DNA of 64,000 nt. Source: Bacteroidales bacterium. Its GTDB lineage: Bacteria; Bacteroidota; Bacteroidia; Bacteroidales; GCA-2748055. The notes beneath the pieces were generated by a model. That model was not told the DNA's origin. It saw only the letters and a list, made by a program, of their open reading frames with translations, and ran no database searches. The position numbers were made by a program, and so were the translations under genes. Positions 1 to 10,830 of the stretch are shown here, one piece after another. Each line of letters opens with the position of its first letter. Positions within the stretch are counted from its first letter, which is position 1. The stretch is from NCBI GenBank assembly GCA_029938715.1, contig JAOZUK010000004.1:6465-70464 (forward strand), in the 5' to 3' direction.

Positions 1-3000
1 GGAGGTAGACGACCAGTGGGTGTAGGTCATGGTACTTAACCGCCTGTTCAAGGGCATCTGCATGGGGGACAATTCTTCCCAGCTAGCCCTGGCCTGAGGA
101 CCATCTAATGCATACTGGATATCTCTCAACTGCTCCTCAAGATTTTTCACCCTGGCACCCAGCTGAACACCTGCCTCAGGGGTTAGTAGCAAGGCTTTCT
201 TGATGGCACCCAGTTTTCCCATCTGTTCCTGGGCTAAACGTTGGGTACCAGCCATCACCCTTGAAAACTCGGACACCTCATGCTGGAATTTAACCAGTGC
301 TGCATAATCCTTTGCCGGAAGGGTAGCATGTTGTAAGAGGGTAGCATTAAAGGGTACCGGTTCAGTAAGGGCAATTACATCTCCATCCTCCATCATATCC
401 ATCCCTACGGTATAGGTTCCCGGCATGGCCAGCAATCCACTTCCACCGGAGTTTCCTCCCCTTCGGCTTCTTGCCGAATAACTTGTAGAAACAGGTCTGG
501 TTGAAGGATAGCGCAAATCCCAGGTTAGCTTGTTCACTCCCTTCGACGCTTTCTTTGTTAACTTCCTGATGGCATAACCCTCTTCATCGTAGACTGTAAA
601 GATCAATGTGGGTTCCTGCTGTGCCTCTTCAAGCCTTAACTCCTCCAGAGTGGGTTGGGGAATGGGCTGTTTCTCCTTAAACAGTTCTTTTTCACGCTCC
701 TGACGCTCTTCTTTCAAAGTTTTGGGCACCTCCTTTAGATAGTAAGTAAAGGTGGCTCCGAAATCGGGATTCTTTGAAATGAAGAAGCTGGAACCCTGTC
801 CCAGTTTCCCCCCGGTTTGAATATACATCATGGCGTCTGCCACCGGGAATATATGAGCGGGCTTCTCCATAATCTCCTTCTCCCTGGCCAGCTCCCTCAG
901 TGGGGTATAATTATCCATGATATAAAATCCCCGGCCAAAGGTGGCCAGCACCAGGTCATTTTCATCTTCCTGGATCACCATATCGCGGACACTGATTGTA
1001 GGGAGACCACCGGAAAGTTTGGTCCAGGCCTCACCCCCATCCAAACTAAAGTAGAAACCAAGCTCAGTTCCCACAAAGAGCAGTCCGGGCACTGCTGCAT
1101 CCTGTTCGATGGTATGGACTGTTTCATCTTCAGGCAAATTGCCAGTAATTGACTCCCATGTTGCTCCCCGGTCTGTACTCTTTAGCACATAGGGTTTAAA
1201 GTCATCCCGTTTGCGGTTGTCAAAGGTAGCGTAGACCACACTGGCATCGAAGCGATCTGCAAGCAAGTCACTTACATAGGTATATTGGGGAATTCCCGGG
1301 AAAGCACCCACCTTGTTCCAGCTATCCCCTCCATCGGTAGTGATGGAGATCACCCCATCGTCGGTTCCTGCATAGAGCAGGTTTTCATCCAGTCGTGACT
1401 CTGAGAGGGATACTCCGGTTCCCCATAAACTGGTGGATAGATCCTTTACCACCGCATCCCTGCTCCAGTACTGATCCATTACCGGCCATGTGTTGCGGTC
1501 TGTCTCAGAGGTAAGATCCTCACTGACTACCTCCCAGGAGTTACCCCGATCGTCGGAACGAAACAGCTTATTAGCCATCATATAGATCCGGGTATGAGAG
1601 TGATGACTGATGATCAGTGGGGCATTCCAATTCCACTTGTAGGTATCTTCATTCTTCCTCGGTATGGGCTTAATAGAGATACCCTCCCCGTTTTTCCTGT
1701 CATGCCGGTGCACATTTCCATACTGGGATTCACAATAGACGATGTTGGGATCTTCCGGATCGATGGCTACCCAGAATCCATCTCCCCCTTTGATAAATGC
1801 CCACTCCTCACTGGAGACACCTACTGAGCTCTTGTTCACGGATGGCCCTGCCAGGGTTCTGTTGTCCTGGGTACCTCCATAGACATTGTAAAATGGTTTT
1901 ACATTGTCCACATTGACCCGGTAGAACTGGGTGACAGAAAGATTAGACTTAAATTGATAGGTCAATCCTTCATCATAAGTTTCATAGACCCCTCCATCTC
2001 CCCCGATCAGGAAATGCTCCGTGTTGGAAGGATCGATCCACAGCGCATGGTCATCCACATGCCTGTTCTCATTGCTCAGGCGGCTCCAGGTTTTACCCCC
2101 GTCCTTTGTTACATAGGAATAGGTTTCCATGGAGTAGACCTTGTTCACATCCAACGGGTCACAGTATATCTCGTTGTAATACTGACCGCTGGAGTGGTGA
2201 TCACTCATTTTTTTCCAGGAGGCACCCCGATTATCAGAGCGGAAAAATCCACCCTTCCCTTCTGCTGCCTCCACAATCAGGTAAACCACATTGCGATCCA
2301 CTGGCGATACATCAATACCCATACCACCCAAATGAACTTTTGGCAGACCCTTCATGGATTTGATCCATGTTTCCCCCCGGTCCACCGAACGGTAGACTGC
2401 AGATTCGGGTCCGCCCCCTATCTTGGTATATACGTGGCGTCTTCGCTGTTCGCTGGTGGCATACATTACATTGGGATCCACAGGATCCATTACCACGTTA
2501 TTCACTCCTGTATTCTCACTGATCTCCAGAACCTTTCTCCAGGTTGTGCCCCCATCGGTGGTTTTATACAAACCACGGTCTCCACCAGGCCCCCAGGCAG
2601 AACCTTCAGCTGCCACAAAAACCACATTGGAGTTTTCCGGATCCACCACTATACCACCGATATGCCGTGAATCTTTCAGACCCATGTTCTTCCAGGACTC
2701 ACCCCCATCTTCCGATTTATAAACCCCATCGCCATATCCCAGAGCACGCTGGTGGTTATTTTCACCAGTTCCCAGCCACAGAAGGTTTGGGTTATTGGGA
2801 TCTATGGTGATCACTCCGGTTGAGTAGGACCCATACTTATCAAAAACAGGCTTGAAGGTGGTTCCATTGTTGGATGTCTTCCAAACATTGCCTGAAGCTA
2901 CAGCCACATACCACTCGCTCTGGTTTTCAGGATTCACAGCAAAATCGGCGATCCGACCAGAAGTCAAAGCTGGCCCTATACTTCTCCATTTTAGACCCGA

Positions 3001-3126
3001 CAAAAGTTTCGAATAAATGCTATCGGTTTTTTCCTTTGCATCAATCTGGATCGGGTTGGTCAGTAATGCCAGTGCAAGAATTGCAGGCAGTAAGCCAAAC
3101 CTGGAAATATTTACGCTCTTCATCAT
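1..3126 (-). CDS. BNR/Asp-box repeat, sortilin (VPS10)-like beta-propeller secreted protein; C-terminus lies beyond the left edge
   Basis: Minus-strand translation from ATG at 3126 gives MMKSVNISRFGLLPAILALALL (signal peptide), then repeated SxDxGxTW-type motifs (YKSEDGGESWKN, YKTTDGGTTWRK). The frame is still open at position 1 by hand check. It is absent from the ORF track because no stop lies inside the window. The plus-strand ORFs at 817-3218 are antisense artefacts. Confidence 0.8.
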   Translation of the reverse strand, partial: MMKSVNISRFGLLPAILALALLTNPIQIDAKEKTDSIYSKLLSGLKWRSIGPALTSGRIADFAVNPENQSEWYVAVASGNVWKTSNNGTTFKPVFDKYGSYSTGVITIDPNNPNLLWLGTGENNHQRALGYGDGVYKSEDGGESWKNMGLKDSRHIGGIVVDPENSNVVFVAAEGSAWGPGGDRGLYKTTDGGTTWRKVLEISENTGVNNVVMDPVDPNVMYATSEQRRRHVYTKIGGGPESAVYRSVDRGETWIKSMKGLPKVHLGGMGIDVSPVDRNVVYLIVEAAEGKGGFFRSDNRGASWKKMSDHHSSGQYYNEIYCDPLDVNKVYSMETYSYVTKDGGKTWSRLSNENRHVDDHALWIDPSNTEHFLIGGDGGVYETYDEGLTYQFKSNLSVTQFYRVNVDNVKPFYNVYGGTQDNRTLAGPSVNKSSVGVSSEEWAFIKGGDGFWVAIDPEDPNIVYCESQYGNVHRHDRKNGEGISIKPIPRKNEDTYKWNWNAPLIISHHSHTRIYMMANKLFRSDDRGNSWEVVSEDLTSETDRNTWPVMDQYWSRDAVVKDLSTSLWGTGVSLSESRLDENLLYAGTDDGVISITTDGGDSWNKVGAFPGIPQYTYVSDLLADRFDASVVYATFDNRKRDDFKPYVLKSTDRGATWESITGNLPEDETVHTIEQDAAVPGLLFVGTELGFYFSLDGGEAWTKLSGGLPTISVRDMVIQEDENDLVLATFGRGFYIMDNYTPLRELAREKEIMEKPAHIFPVADAMMYIQTGGKLGQGSSFFISKNPDFGATFTYYLKEVPKTLKEERQEREKELFKEKQPIPQPTLEELRLEEAQQEPTLIFTVYDEEGYAIRKLTKKASKGVNKLTWDLRYPSTRPVSTSYSARSRRGGNSGGSGLLAMPGTYTVGMDMMEDGDVIALTEPVPFNATLLQHATLPAKDYAALVKFQHEVSEFSRVMAGTQRLAQEQMGKLGAIKKALLLTPEAGVQLGARVKNLEEQLRDIQYALDGPQARASWEELSPMQMPLNRRLSTMTYTHWSSTS

Positions 3127-3210
3127 GTTGGGTTTTAGGTGAAATTCGATTGAGTGAAAATAATCATTCATCCCGACTATTTATCACTATTTTTACTCAA
3201 ATTAAATCTC

Positions 3211-3960
3211 ATGACTGATACACTACTCAACCACAGAACCATCAGAAAATACAAAACCGATCCCATTCCCTATGAGATCCTACAATACATCCTGGAAGCC
3301 GGCACCAGGGCATCCACCACAGGAAACATGCAGGTTTACTCCATTGTGGTCACCACCGAAGATGCTATTAAAGAGGAATTATCACCCTGTCACTTTAATC
3401 AGCCCATGGTTAAGCAAGCTCCGGTGGTTCTTACTTTTTGTGCCGATTTCAACCGATTTAATAAGTGGTGTAAACTCAGGGGAGCAGAACCAGGTTACGA
3501 CAATTTCCTCTCCTTTTTCACCGCTGCCATTGATGCTTTGCTGGTGGCCCAGAATGTATGTGTGGCAGCTGAAGATGCTGGATTGGGGATATGTTATCTT
3601 GGAACCACCACCTACATGGCAGGTAAGATTATTGATATTCTTGAATTACCCGAGGGTGTGATTCCTGTGACTACGATTACACTGGGTTACCCCGATGAGA
3701 AGCCTGAACTTACAGAAAGGCTGCCTTTGGAAGCGGTTGTTCATTATGAAAAATACACGGACTACTCCGAAGATGAAGTTGATAAACACTATCAGGACAA
3801 GGAGTTAATCACAACAAATCAAGAGTTCGTCAAAGAAAATAACGTTCAGAGCCTGGCACACGTATTTACTGATGTACGGTATAAGAGAGACGACAATATT
3901 CTGTTTTCTAAAGCTTTAATTGACGTTTTAACACAACAAGGCTTTATGAATAATCGTTAA
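3211..3960 (+). CDS. nitroreductase-family NAD(P)H oxidoreductase
   Basis: MTDTLLNHRTIRKYKTDPIP...RASTTGNMQ...GICYLG is typical of the nitroreductase fold. ATG 3211 is preferred over the in-frame GTG at 3154. Confidence 0.85.
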   Translation: MTDTLLNHRTIRKYKTDPIPYEILQYILEAGTRASTTGNMQVYSIVVTTEDAIKEELSPCHFNQPMVKQAPVVLTFCADFNRFNKWCKLRGAEPGYDNFLSFFTAAIDALLVAQNVCVAAEDAGLGICYLGTTTYMAGKIIDILELPEGVIPVTTITLGYPDEKPELTERLPLEAVVHYEKYTDYSEDEVDKHYQDKELITTNQEFVKENNVQSLAHVFTDVRYKRDDNILFSKALIDVLTQQGFMNNR

Positions 3961-4041
3961 AAAGGAAACATTGGTAAAACTTTTCTCGTACAGTTGGAAA
4001 ACACCTTAGTAAGTCAAAGTCTTTTATAATTAGATATATTA

Positions 4042-4049
4042 TATATTTG
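4042..4049 (+). promoter_or_regulatory. Bacteroidota -7 promoter box TATATTTG (TAnnTTTG consensus)
   Basis: Perfect consensus match 36 nt upstream of the small ORF ATG at 4085. Confidence 0.5.
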
Positions 4050-4084
4050 TAGCACATCAGTACCGGATCAAAACCATTTTAACC

Positions 4085-4210
4085 ATGAAAAGAGTAGTGA
4101 TCATCATAGCAGTCGTATTTGCGGTGGGTATTCTTATGAGTTCATGTAACAAGCAAGCTTGCCCGGCTTACAGCCATGTAGATACTGAGCAAAGCGAGCA
4201 GGTAGGTTAA
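4085..4210 (+). CDS. small lipoprotein, 41 aa (MKRVVIIIAVVFAVGILMSSCNKQACPAYSHVDTEQSEQVG)
   Basis: ATG to TAA ORF below the 60-aa track cutoff. It has a signal peptide with lipobox LMSS|C and a perfect -7 box upstream. Confidence 0.6.
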   Translation: MKRVVIIIAVVFAVGILMSSCNKQACPAYSHVDTEQSEQVG

Positions 4211-4335
4211 CCAACCTAAGATTACCCTGTATTAAGCTTTAAGATTTGCCTCCGGTAGATCTTTTTTTTTATCCGGAAACCAACATTCCCTTCAATAATT
4301 CGTTTCTTTGTAATGGATATCCTTATTGATTCTCA

Positions 4336-5166
4336 ATGAGACAGTACTTTATACTTTTAGCTATTGCTCTTGTATCAACGGGCTCCCTGATGGCTCAGGG
4401 GGAGATTGATGATCAGAAAAGGGTGATGCTGAGGGATGAAAAGACATTCGGGGGTTTTCTTAACTCCAATGGGTTCGGCGTAAATTACAGGTATGGGTAC
4501 TGGCGGAATGCAAGGAACCAATTAATCATTGATGGCGACTTCTCCTATGTGAAACACCCCAAGGAGGTGAAGACTACCATATCTTATGACTACAGCACCC
4601 ATCGTTATGTGTACGGCAAACAGAATCTTTTCTGGGAATTAAAAGGAACAGTCGGTTGGCAAAAAGAGTTATACCGCAAACACGATAAGACCGGGATATC
4701 TGTAAGACTGTTCTACAGTGGCGGGCTCGCCCTTGGATTCACAAAACCCATCTATTACGAAGTCTATACTTTCTCTTCCATTGGTGAAGCTACCAACAAA
4801 GAGTATATGAAATTCGAATCCAGTATCCACAAGACCCAGATTGGTGGCAGGGGTCCCTTTCATATGGGATTCAGCGAACTGAAGCTGTTGCCTGGATTAT
4901 ACGGGAAAACGGGATTCAGTTTTGAATACAGTCAGAAAGATGCCATTGTTCATGCCCTTGAGGCCGGGATCAGCCTGACAGTCTATCCCAAAGAGATTCC
5001 CATTATGGCCACCGAACAAAACAATTTCCTCTTTTTCAACCTCATGGTAGGCTACAGATTCGGCAAAATAATTGATATTAGTGAAGCTTCAAGGTCCAAG
5101 TCGTGGAAAGAAAAACGAAAGGAACGAAAAGCCCAAAAAGCCTTCCTTAAAAATCCTGTTTATTAA
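4336..5166 (+). CDS. hypothetical secreted or outer-membrane protein with Lys-rich C-terminal tail
   Basis: Signal peptide MRQYFILLAIALVSTGSLMAQ, alternating aromatic/Gly-rich beta-strand-like segments, and tail SKSWKEKRKERKAQKAF. No family recognised. Confidence 0.6.
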   Translation: MRQYFILLAIALVSTGSLMAQGEIDDQKRVMLRDEKTFGGFLNSNGFGVNYRYGYWRNARNQLIIDGDFSYVKHPKEVKTTISYDYSTHRYVYGKQNLFWELKGTVGWQKELYRKHDKTGISVRLFYSGGLALGFTKPIYYEVYTFSSIGEATNKEYMKFESSIHKTQIGGRGPFHMGFSELKLLPGLYGKTGFSFEYSQKDAIVHALEAGISLTVYPKEIPIMATEQNNFLFFNLMVGYRFGKIIDISEASRSKSWKEKRKERKAQKAFLKNPVY

Positions 5167-5218
5167 GAATTAGTTAAATCGGAATTTTGCCTGCTCAGGC
5201 ACTTTGACTATTTGATAA

Positions 5219-6301
<1,083 letters not shown>

Positions 6302-6328
6302 AAAATCTCAATACTCAATAGAATCAAA

Positions 6329-6355
6329 GGGGGGCTCAACAGCTCCCCTTTTTTT
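6329..6355 (+). terminator. rho-independent terminator after gap
   Basis: GGGGGGC / GCTCCCC stem (one G-U pair), 6-nt loop, then T7 run. It lies 28 nt after the gap stop. Confidence 0.7.
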
Positions 6356-6496
6356 GACTCTGGATAAAACCCCCACCCTTGGTAAATACTGCAATACAAT
6401 GACATTTGCTTTTATAATAAATTAATGATCCTTAACGTATATAAAGAAACTGGCTTAAGTGATTAGACTAGTTTTATCATTACACCCCAATGTGCA

Positions 6497-8932
6497 ATGA
6501 GTTATCTTCTTGAAAATGCAAATTCGGTCAGTTCCAGGACAACTTGCTTCAATTGTTTTTGGGCCTTATTGCTTTTGGGGATTTCTGTTAGCAGCAATGC
6601 ACAGTATACCATCCACGGTACAGTGTATGATCAATCCTCAGGGGAACACCTTGTTGCTGCAACTGTATTCGATACACTGTCAAAAGCGGGTACTGTTACC
6701 AACGAATATGGATTCTTTAGCCTGAAGACCAAGCGGTCCAATGTGGAACTCAATTGCTCATATATAGGCTTCAGTACATTTCACCAGAGCTTACAGTTAA
6801 ATTCCGATACAACCTTAAACATTAGAATGAACCCCAATCTGGAAATTGATGAAGTTACCATCTCAGCACAATCGTCAGAACGGGAATTCCAAGCTTCACA
6901 GATGAGTGCCCATAGCATCAGTAGAATGCAGATTCACAAGATGCCGCTGCTTTTCGGAGAAACTGATCTGATCAAAGCATTGCAATACCTGCCAGGGGTT
7001 TCATCTGGACTGGAAGGGACCAGTGGTATCTATGTGAGAGGGGGCGGAACGGATCAAAATCTGATCCTGCTGGATGGGGTGCCTGTTTACAATGTGAACC
7101 ACCTGTTCGGGATCTTCTCCGTATTTAATGGCGATGCCATTAACAATGCCACCCTGTATAAAGGTGGATTTCCTGCCAGGTACAGCGGGAGGCTCTCTTC
7201 GGTCCTGGATATTCAACTGAAGGAAGGCAATATGAAAGAGTTTCATGGGACAGCCTCCATCGGACTGATTGGTGCCAAACTGATGCTTGAAGGACCCATT
7301 ATCAAAGACCGCACGTCCTTCCTGATCTCGGCACGAAGAACCTATGCTGATGTTCTCTCCTACCCGGTACAGTATTTGGTCAACAAGCGAAATTACCAGA
7401 GTACTGACAGTTACTTTGGCTATTACTTCTACGATATGAATGCCAAAATCAACCACAAATTCTCAGAAAAAAGCAGACTCTATCTGAGCACCTATGCCGG
7501 GAAAGATGAGTTTTATATGAAAGATACGTATTTGAACCATAGTATGGAGAATCAAGAACCGGAGGAAATAAAATTTAAAGAAGGTTTTAACTGGGGGAAC
7601 TGGACCACAGCCCTCCGGTGGAACCACATCTGGTCCAGCCGACTCTTCTCAAATATTACCCTTTCATACAGCACCTACAAATTCAAGGACTTCGATGAAA
7701 CTCAGGCCTCATTAATGCGCACTGAGCAGTATTACTCTGGAATCAGAGACTTTGCCGGGCGGATGGACTTCAGCTTCTCCCCATCAAACAAGCACAACAT
7801 CCGGTTTGGCGCGAAGGGAACCAGGTATATGTTCGAACCGGGCGTTCGGATTGTTGATTATCACTGGGAGGGAGTTGGGCATGGCCAGGAGAAAACAGGG
7901 GCAGACACCATCACTGCCAACCAGTTAACAGCCTATGTGGAAGATGACTTTCAACTGGGAAGCAAGATCAGGAGCAATGTGGGCATAAGCTCGACAATGT
8001 TTAATGTGAACGGTCAAACCTATTTCTCTATTGAGCCCAGGATCTCGGCAAGGTATCTGATCTCACATAAGCTGGTTGTAAAAGCATCCTATGCAAAGAT
8101 GTCCCAGCACCTTCACTTGCTTACCAACGCAACCATCGGTCTCCCCACAGATATCTGGGTTCCCACCACCTCCACCATTGCACCCGAGGAATCATGGCAG
8201 ACCGCACTGGGTGTGAAATATAAAACCAACACCGGGCTAAATTTCTCCATCGAAGGATTCTATAAGGAGATGAAGAACCTGGTGGAATATGCTGAAGGAG
8301 AAGAGATTTATCTGAACGACCAGTATTGGGAATCACGTATTATCTCAGGCAAAGGGACCGCATATGGTCTGGAATTTTTTATTGAAAAAACCTCAGGAAA
8401 AATCACCGGATCAATAGCGTATACATTATCAAAGAACATGAGGCAATTTGATAACGTCAATAACGGAGAACCCTTTCCCTACAAATATGACAGGCGGCAT
8501 GACCTTTCCATAGTTGTCAATTATAAGATCAAAAAGAATATCTCCATGGGAGCGGTCTGGGTATTTGGCTCAGGGATCAATGTTACCACCCTGGATCACT
8601 CCTATTACAATCCCTTAATGATCCTCGATCACGATCCTGAAACAGATTATCCATTGGGGGACAATCATGTGATTCGTAATTTTAGTGAAAGGAATGGTTA
8701 CAAACTACCCGCCTACCACCGGCTGGATATAGGATTCAATTTCGACAAACAAAAGAAGAGAGTCAAGAGGACCTGGAGCGTGGGTGCCTACAACGTATAT
8801 GCCAGAAAGAATGCCTTTTATATATATGGCGATCAGGGATACTATTCAGACTCAGATCAACTGGAAAAACGAGTTTACCAGGTTACACTGCTCCCATTTA
8901 TTCCTTATGTTAAATATTCAATCAGGTTTTAG
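6497..8932 (+). CDS. TonB-dependent receptor with N-terminal carboxypeptidase-regulatory-like domain
   Basis: Signal peptide ending SSNAQ. YTIHGTVYD...VTNEYGFFSL matches CarboxypepD_reg and the plug motif is DGVPVYN. The barrel ends in an aromatic residue (SIRF). Confidence 0.9.
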   Translation: MSYLLENANSVSSRTTCFNCFWALLLLGISVSSNAQYTIHGTVYDQSSGEHLVAATVFDTLSKAGTVTNEYGFFSLKTKRSNVELNCSYIGFSTFHQSLQLNSDTTLNIRMNPNLEIDEVTISAQSSEREFQASQMSAHSISRMQIHKMPLLFGETDLIKALQYLPGVSSGLEGTSGIYVRGGGTDQNLILLDGVPVYNVNHLFGIFSVFNGDAINNATLYKGGFPARYSGRLSSVLDIQLKEGNMKEFHGTASIGLIGAKLMLEGPIIKDRTSFLISARRTYADVLSYPVQYLVNKRNYQSTDSYFGYYFYDMNAKINHKFSEKSRLYLSTYAGKDEFYMKDTYLNHSMENQEPEEIKFKEGFNWGNWTTALRWNHIWSSRLFSNITLSYSTYKFKDFDETQASLMRTEQYYSGIRDFAGRMDFSFSPSNKHNIRFGAKGTRYMFEPGVRIVDYHWEGVGHGQEKTGADTITANQLTAYVEDDFQLGSKIRSNVGISSTMFNVNGQTYFSIEPRISARYLISHKLVVKASYAKMSQHLHLLTNATIGLPTDIWVPTTSTIAPEESWQTALGVKYKTNTGLNFSIEGFYKEMKNLVEYAEGEEIYLNDQYWESRIISGKGTAYGLEFFIEKTSGKITGSIAYTLSKNMRQFDNVNNGEPFPYKYDRRHDLSIVVNYKIKKNISMGAVWVFGSGINVTTLDHSYYNPLMILDHDPETDYPLGDNHVIRNFSERNGYKLPAYHRLDIGFNFDKQKKRVKRTWSVGAYNVYARKNAFYIYGDQGYYSDSDQLEKRVYQVTLLPFIPYVKYSIRF

Positions 8933-8933
8933 A

Positions 8934-9908
8934 ATGAAGCTTAGACTCAATATAATTGCCATAATCGCCTGTCTGCCCATAATGGTTTCCTGCGAGAAAG
9001 ATATCACAGAGAAATTCGAGGATTCTCAGCAAAATGTATTTATCCTGAGCGGTGAGTTATCGGCATTTGAGCACCCCACCATCAATCTGACCCGAAGTAT
9101 TACCATGGCCCAGCTGGATACCTTGCAATATCTGAATAATGCCCAGGTAGAAATTCGTTCTGGCGATCAATCCTATCAAATGGAGCCAGGCGGGTATGGG
9201 AACTATACCTCCAGTGAGCTTCTCCTTCAGCCAGGTCAGGAATACCACATTCACTGCTCGGGAGAAGAACTTCCTGATGCTTCGGCTTCTGTAGTTATCC
9301 CGGTTCTTCCTGTGGTATCTGAGATAACTCTTACGGTGGGTGATTCACTAGACCTTCACCTGGATATAGCCATTGATGACCCCGCGACGTTCAGGGACTA
9401 TTATACTTTCTACATCTCGGGGTGGCTCATGGAGATCCATGTTCATCACGATGAAACCGGTATAGAGACCAGGGACACGCTCAATGTTTTCACCAACTAC
9501 CACTTGAATATTCAGGATTCGGTATTTGAATACAGTGGCAACCTTCAGAGATTTCAGATTATTGAAGAGGAGAGCAGATACTTATCCATGGTACATTTCT
9601 CCGATCGATTATTCAATGGCTCAACGCACCACCTCACTGTTAATAGCTTCTTATGGAGTTTCTATAACGACAGCATCCCCGAGATCAATATCCACCTTGT
9701 GAAACATGATGAGCATTACTTCAATTTCTTAGAGTCAATGACCCGTTACGATCCATACAACGACCTACCCATTATCCAGCCGGTCCAGATCTACTCCAAT
9801 ATAGAAGGGGGATTCGGACTGCTAACTTCCAGAAGCCATTTCACCCGTACCATTGATATGTCGGAGTGGTATTACGATCCAGCATTGTTGGAATTATTCG
9901 CGAAATAG
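8934..9908 (+). CDS. DUF4249-family lipoprotein, the usual partner of this TonB-dependent receptor class
   Basis: MKLRLNIIAIIACLPIMVSC lipobox and C-terminal IYSNIEGGFGLLTS motif. It starts 2 nt after the receptor stop. The track extension to 8784 overlaps the receptor and is not credible. Confidence 0.85.
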   Translation: MKLRLNIIAIIACLPIMVSCEKDITEKFEDSQQNVFILSGELSAFEHPTINLTRSITMAQLDTLQYLNNAQVEIRSGDQSYQMEPGGYGNYTSSELLLQPGQEYHIHCSGEELPDASASVVIPVLPVVSEITLTVGDSLDLHLDIAIDDPATFRDYYTFYISGWLMEIHVHHDETGIETRDTLNVFTNYHLNIQDSVFEYSGNLQRFQIIEEESRYLSMVHFSDRLFNGSTHHLTVNSFLWSFYNDSIPEINIHLVKHDEHYFNFLESMTRYDPYNDLPIIQPVQIYSNIEGGFGLLTSRSHFTRTIDMSEWYYDPALLELFAK

Positions 9909-9923
9909 TATGAGGAAACAACC

Positions 9924-10543
9924 ATGAAAACTATATTTTCAATCGCTATGAGCATGCACATATCGTTATTGCGCTCGCTAACCTAATAGATTCCATCACT
10001 ATTTACCTGAAACCTGAAATCTATCAGATTGATGAAATAGTCATTGAAGGAAAGCAGTTTAAACTGAAGAATTATGGGATCAACAGAGGTGGGGATGGGT
10101 TCATCAAAGGCATGCTGCACGGGCTGGAAAAAGCATATTTAATACCGGTAAAAAAAGAGAGAATCAAGATTAAGGATGTGAATTTTTGTCTGCGCACCGA
10201 ATTCGATACAGTTGCCTTCAGAATAAACTTCTATAGTCCGGGAAACGATGCGCCCAATGAAAGGATCAATACAGAAAATCTTATTTTCAGTCAGGTTTCA
10301 GATGAAGATGGATGGATACGATGCGACCTTTCAGACCGGCAATTGGAATTCGACTCAGATTTTTTTGTGGCAGTTGAACTACTTCCTGAACTAAATAACC
10401 ATATCGAAGTGAGATCTGTATTTAAAGCAAAACTTGGCGCCAGGGGGAAGCTCTTCTCAAGGGACTATCTTGACTCGTGGATGGAATTCAAAGGAATAGG
10501 CATACTGATCAACGTTAACTACTACCATATTTCATTAAATTAG
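9924..10543 (+). pseudogene. decayed carboxypeptidase-regulatory-like-domain family gene (signal-peptide stub plus frameshifted C-terminal part)
   Basis: ATG 9924 encodes MKTIFSIAMSMHISLLRSLT then stop. A second frame, open from 9914, reads ...ITIYLKPEIYQIDEIVIEGKQFKLKNYG...FRINFYSPGND...DFFVAVELL and has no start before M at 10112. The N-terminal domain is missing. Confidence 0.5.
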
Positions 10544-10578
10544 TAACTTGTGTCTTCCAGCAAGCTACTTCCACCCCA

Positions 10579-10698
10579 ATGTTCAGACATTGCTTCATAA
10601 CAGCCCTCAGATTCTTAAGGCGAAACAAACTTTGTGCAGGGATATATGCTCACACCAGGGCTATCAAGAGTTTCCGGATCTCTGAGCATGTACTTTGA
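10579..10698 (+). pseudogene. remnant of an FtsX-like ABC permease N-terminus
   Basis: MFRHCFITALRFLRRNKL matches the conserved N-terminal pattern of the MacB/FtsX-like permease family. After that the sequence diverges and stops after 39 codons. Confidence 0.35.
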
Positions 10699-10717
10699 AG
10701 AACCGCTGTTGATATAT
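10684..10717. repeat. left copy of a 34-bp direct repeat (32/34 identical to 12123-12156)
   Basis: gagcatgtactttgaagaaccgctgttgatatat versus gagcatgtacttggaagaaccgctgttgatgtat. On the minus strand both encode YINSGSSKYML. Confidence 0.9.
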
Positions 10718-10764
10718 CAATTTAACAAGATTTCGTTAAAATCCTTGCATTTGCATTCAGATAG

Positions 10765-10830
10765 GTAAAGAAAAGTTGGTTTTCTTTACAAAAGAGCGTT
10801 CCTTTGTAAAGGAAAGCTAAATATCTTTAC
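10765..10830. promoter_or_regulatory. interlocking inverted repeats built on GTAAAG/CTTTAC hexamers upstream of fic
   Basis: GTAAAGAAAA-gttgg-TTTTCTTTAC is a perfect 10-bp inverted repeat (10765-10789). CTTTACAAA-N11-TTTGTAAAG is a perfect 9-bp inverted repeat (10784-10812). A fourth hexamer sits at 10825-10830. A near-consensus -7 box TTCCTTTG lies at 10799-10806. Confidence 0.35.

Noticed and set aside
817-3218. Nine plus-strand ORFs of 77-238 aa in the ORF track
   Set aside because: All lie antisense to one continuous minus-strand BNR/sortilin-like reading frame (1-3126) with clear motifs. Their translations are low-complexity and have no recognisable features.
6356-6496. Possible riboswitch upstream of the TonB-dependent receptor
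   Set aside because: Only about 140 nt of AT-rich sequence. I could not find a B12-box, a TPP motif or a convincing conserved multi-helix structure.
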